A DNA stretch of 64,000 bases from Somniosus microcephalus (lineage: Eukaryota): assembly GCA_052327205.1 (NCBI GenBank), contig CM126224.1:23560001-23624000 (forward strand), read 5' to 3'. The notes under the pieces are model-generated. The model made no database searches and was not told where the DNA came from. It was given only the letters and a program-made list of their open reading frames with translations. Positions 62,342 through 64,000 of the stretch are shown one piece after another. The number at the start of each line of letters is the position of its first letter. Positions within the stretch are counted from its first letter, which is position 1. A program made the translations under genes and the position numbers.

Positions 62342-62762
62342 GTTATGTATTGTGTGTTCTATTGTGTGTTCTCCTCCCACATGTGGTGGCGCTGTCACAG
62401 GAGATAAATGGTTGGGTGTTCTCTGTTAAGTTTAGCTCTCTTTGTTCGGAACTCTCCAGAACTTCCTTTCCTTCCAATAAAGCACTTCATGTTTGAATCT
62501 CTGAGTTCTGAGTCCTAAATTGTGTCTAGGTAGAAAGGTACCGACACAACATATCCCACCTCTGGAAACGGGGTCTGGAACCCTGATTCTGGGAAAATTG
62601 CTCAGAGGCGGGCTGGAGGTGGGATCGGAGCCACCCGTCATTTTAACACCTCACACGCCTACAATCCCACCTCCTCGGGCCTGGCAAAATCGAGTCCAAG
62701 GTGTTTGCCAGTTACAATGGAGCAGTACAGCTTGTGACTGTGATTTACTGCTTGTACCTACA

Positions 62763-63195
62763 AGTCAGCTGTGGGTCAGTTGGTAGCATGGTAGAAGGTT
62801 GTGAATTCAAGTCCCAGCCAAGAGACTTGAGCACAAAATTCTAGGCTGACACTCCAGTGCAGTACTGAGGGAGTGCTGCACTGTCGGAGGTGCCGTCTTT
62901 CAGGTGAGACCTTAAACCGAGGCCCCGTCTGCTGTCTCAGGTGGATGTAAAAGATCCTATGGCACTATTTTGAAGAAGAGCAGGTGAGTTATCCCTGGTG
63001 TCCTGGCCAATATTTATCCCTCAAATCAACATTTAAAACAGATTGGTCATCATCACATTGCCGTTTGTGGGAGCTTGCTGTGTGCAAATTGGCTGCCGCG
63101 TTTCCTACATTACATTAGTGAATACACTCCAAAAAGTACTTAATTGTAAAGTGCTTTGGGACATCCGGAGGTTGTGAAAGGCACTATAAATGCAC
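62763..63195 (+). mobile_element. tRNA-derived SINE (DeuSINE/SacSINE1-like)
   Basis: Colinear with 12013-12478. Confidence 0.85.
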
Positions 63196-64000
63196 GTTTT
63201 TTTTAAAGTCACCAGTTTTGACAAGCTCCCTCACTTTGAAATGAGGATGGTAGTGAATGGAACTTTCTGATAGAACAGCAAATGCAAGAGCACAAGTCAC
63301 TCCGAGCCGATATATTTAGTGCACATATTTGTTAATGGTACTATTTGATGTTTTAGCCCGGTGTCTCGCAACAATGGCTCCTCAATGCTGTTGCACCTGC
63401 TCGTCCTCCTCGTCAGGCAGAACTGCTGGAGCATTGTATGTTTGGAGAACAAGAAACGAACACACTTGGAGCTGGCGAATGGTGATGTCCTTCTCATTTG
63501 CCAGCATTTGTTGCATCTGTATTTCACTATTTTGTGATTGACAGAGTGAAATGTGGATGCTGCAGAAAGTTCAGATTTTATCATCCTCCCAGAGGAATAG
63601 TCCGTATAAACAGATGCCTTGCAATTGTTGAAATCTTCGGCAGCTTGCAGAAAGCTGCAGTGCTGTCGCGATTAATATTCTTGTGGACAGCTTTCACAGC
63701 TATGAAGCAAGACATTACCTTTTCTTTGAAATTTAAAACCAATGAAAACAGTGCAAGCGGTCACACCTTAGTGCCACACCAACACACTCTTTCACACACA
63801 CACACACACACACACAGGTTGAAAGCTGACTGCTACAGCGCCACAAAGCTGTTGGAAGCTAAAAATAACATGAGCGGGTTCAAAGCTAAGGGAAAGCAGC
63901 AGCGGTGACCGTGGAAAAGAAAACAGAACAAAGTGAACTAAGAAGTAACCGCCAGTGGAACCGAAAATAAAACAAACACAAAACAAAGAGAATAGGAGGG

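Larger units (their letters stand above)
55642..62551 (+). mobile_element. Full-length Mag-clade-like Gypsy LTR retrotransposon
   Basis: 211-bp LTRs at 55642-55852 and 60073-60076 plus 62345-62551, differing at 2 positions. 5-bp TSD TATCC. PBS TGGCAACGAGG (tRNA-Ser type, 1 mismatch). PPT AAGAGGGGAGGAAA at 60059-60072. Confidence 0.96.
51740..62697. mobile_element. Transposase-less Harbinger element hosting nested CR1, Gypsy and MITE
   Basis: TIR GGGCTCGATTTTGCCA / TGGCAAAATCGAGTCC (15/16); 3-bp TSD AAG at 51737-51739 and 62698-62700. Confidence 0.85.

Overview
This is eukaryotic, repeat-dominated vertebrate DNA. The SINE/LINE repertoire (DeuSINE-like and V-SINE/HE1-like SINEs, CR1, RTE, Penelope-type hairpins) suggests a cartilaginous fish; that is an inference. 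Most of the window is nested transposable elements whose boundaries can be read from terminal repeats and target-site duplications (TSDs). (1) A full-length degenerate Ty3/Gypsy provirus at 1760-6559 has a non-tRNA, LTR-complementary primer-binding site and a YLDN RT motif. (2) A probable 3' end of an unidentified host gene lies at 8182-9402. (3) A head-to-tail array of at least 4 non-autonomous Helitrons spans 15271-21202. (4) A tRNA-headed LINE with no apparent ORF1 lies at 22250-25410. (5) An RTE LINE with a 5' inversion and a nested CR1 spans 30929-33506. (6) A solo LTR at 41037-50246 carries a MITE, an RT-less CsRn1-type LTR element with reiterated tRNA-Trp PBSs, and a near-intact PIF/Harbinger transposon. 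(7) A Harbinger relic at 51740-62697 hosts a CR1 and a Mag-type Gypsy, whose 3' LTR is split by a 2.26-kb Harbinger-type element carrying a ~780-bp fold-back and covarying hairpins. No rRNA, true tRNA gene or CRISPR array was seen. All family names come from motif recognition by eye, not database searches.
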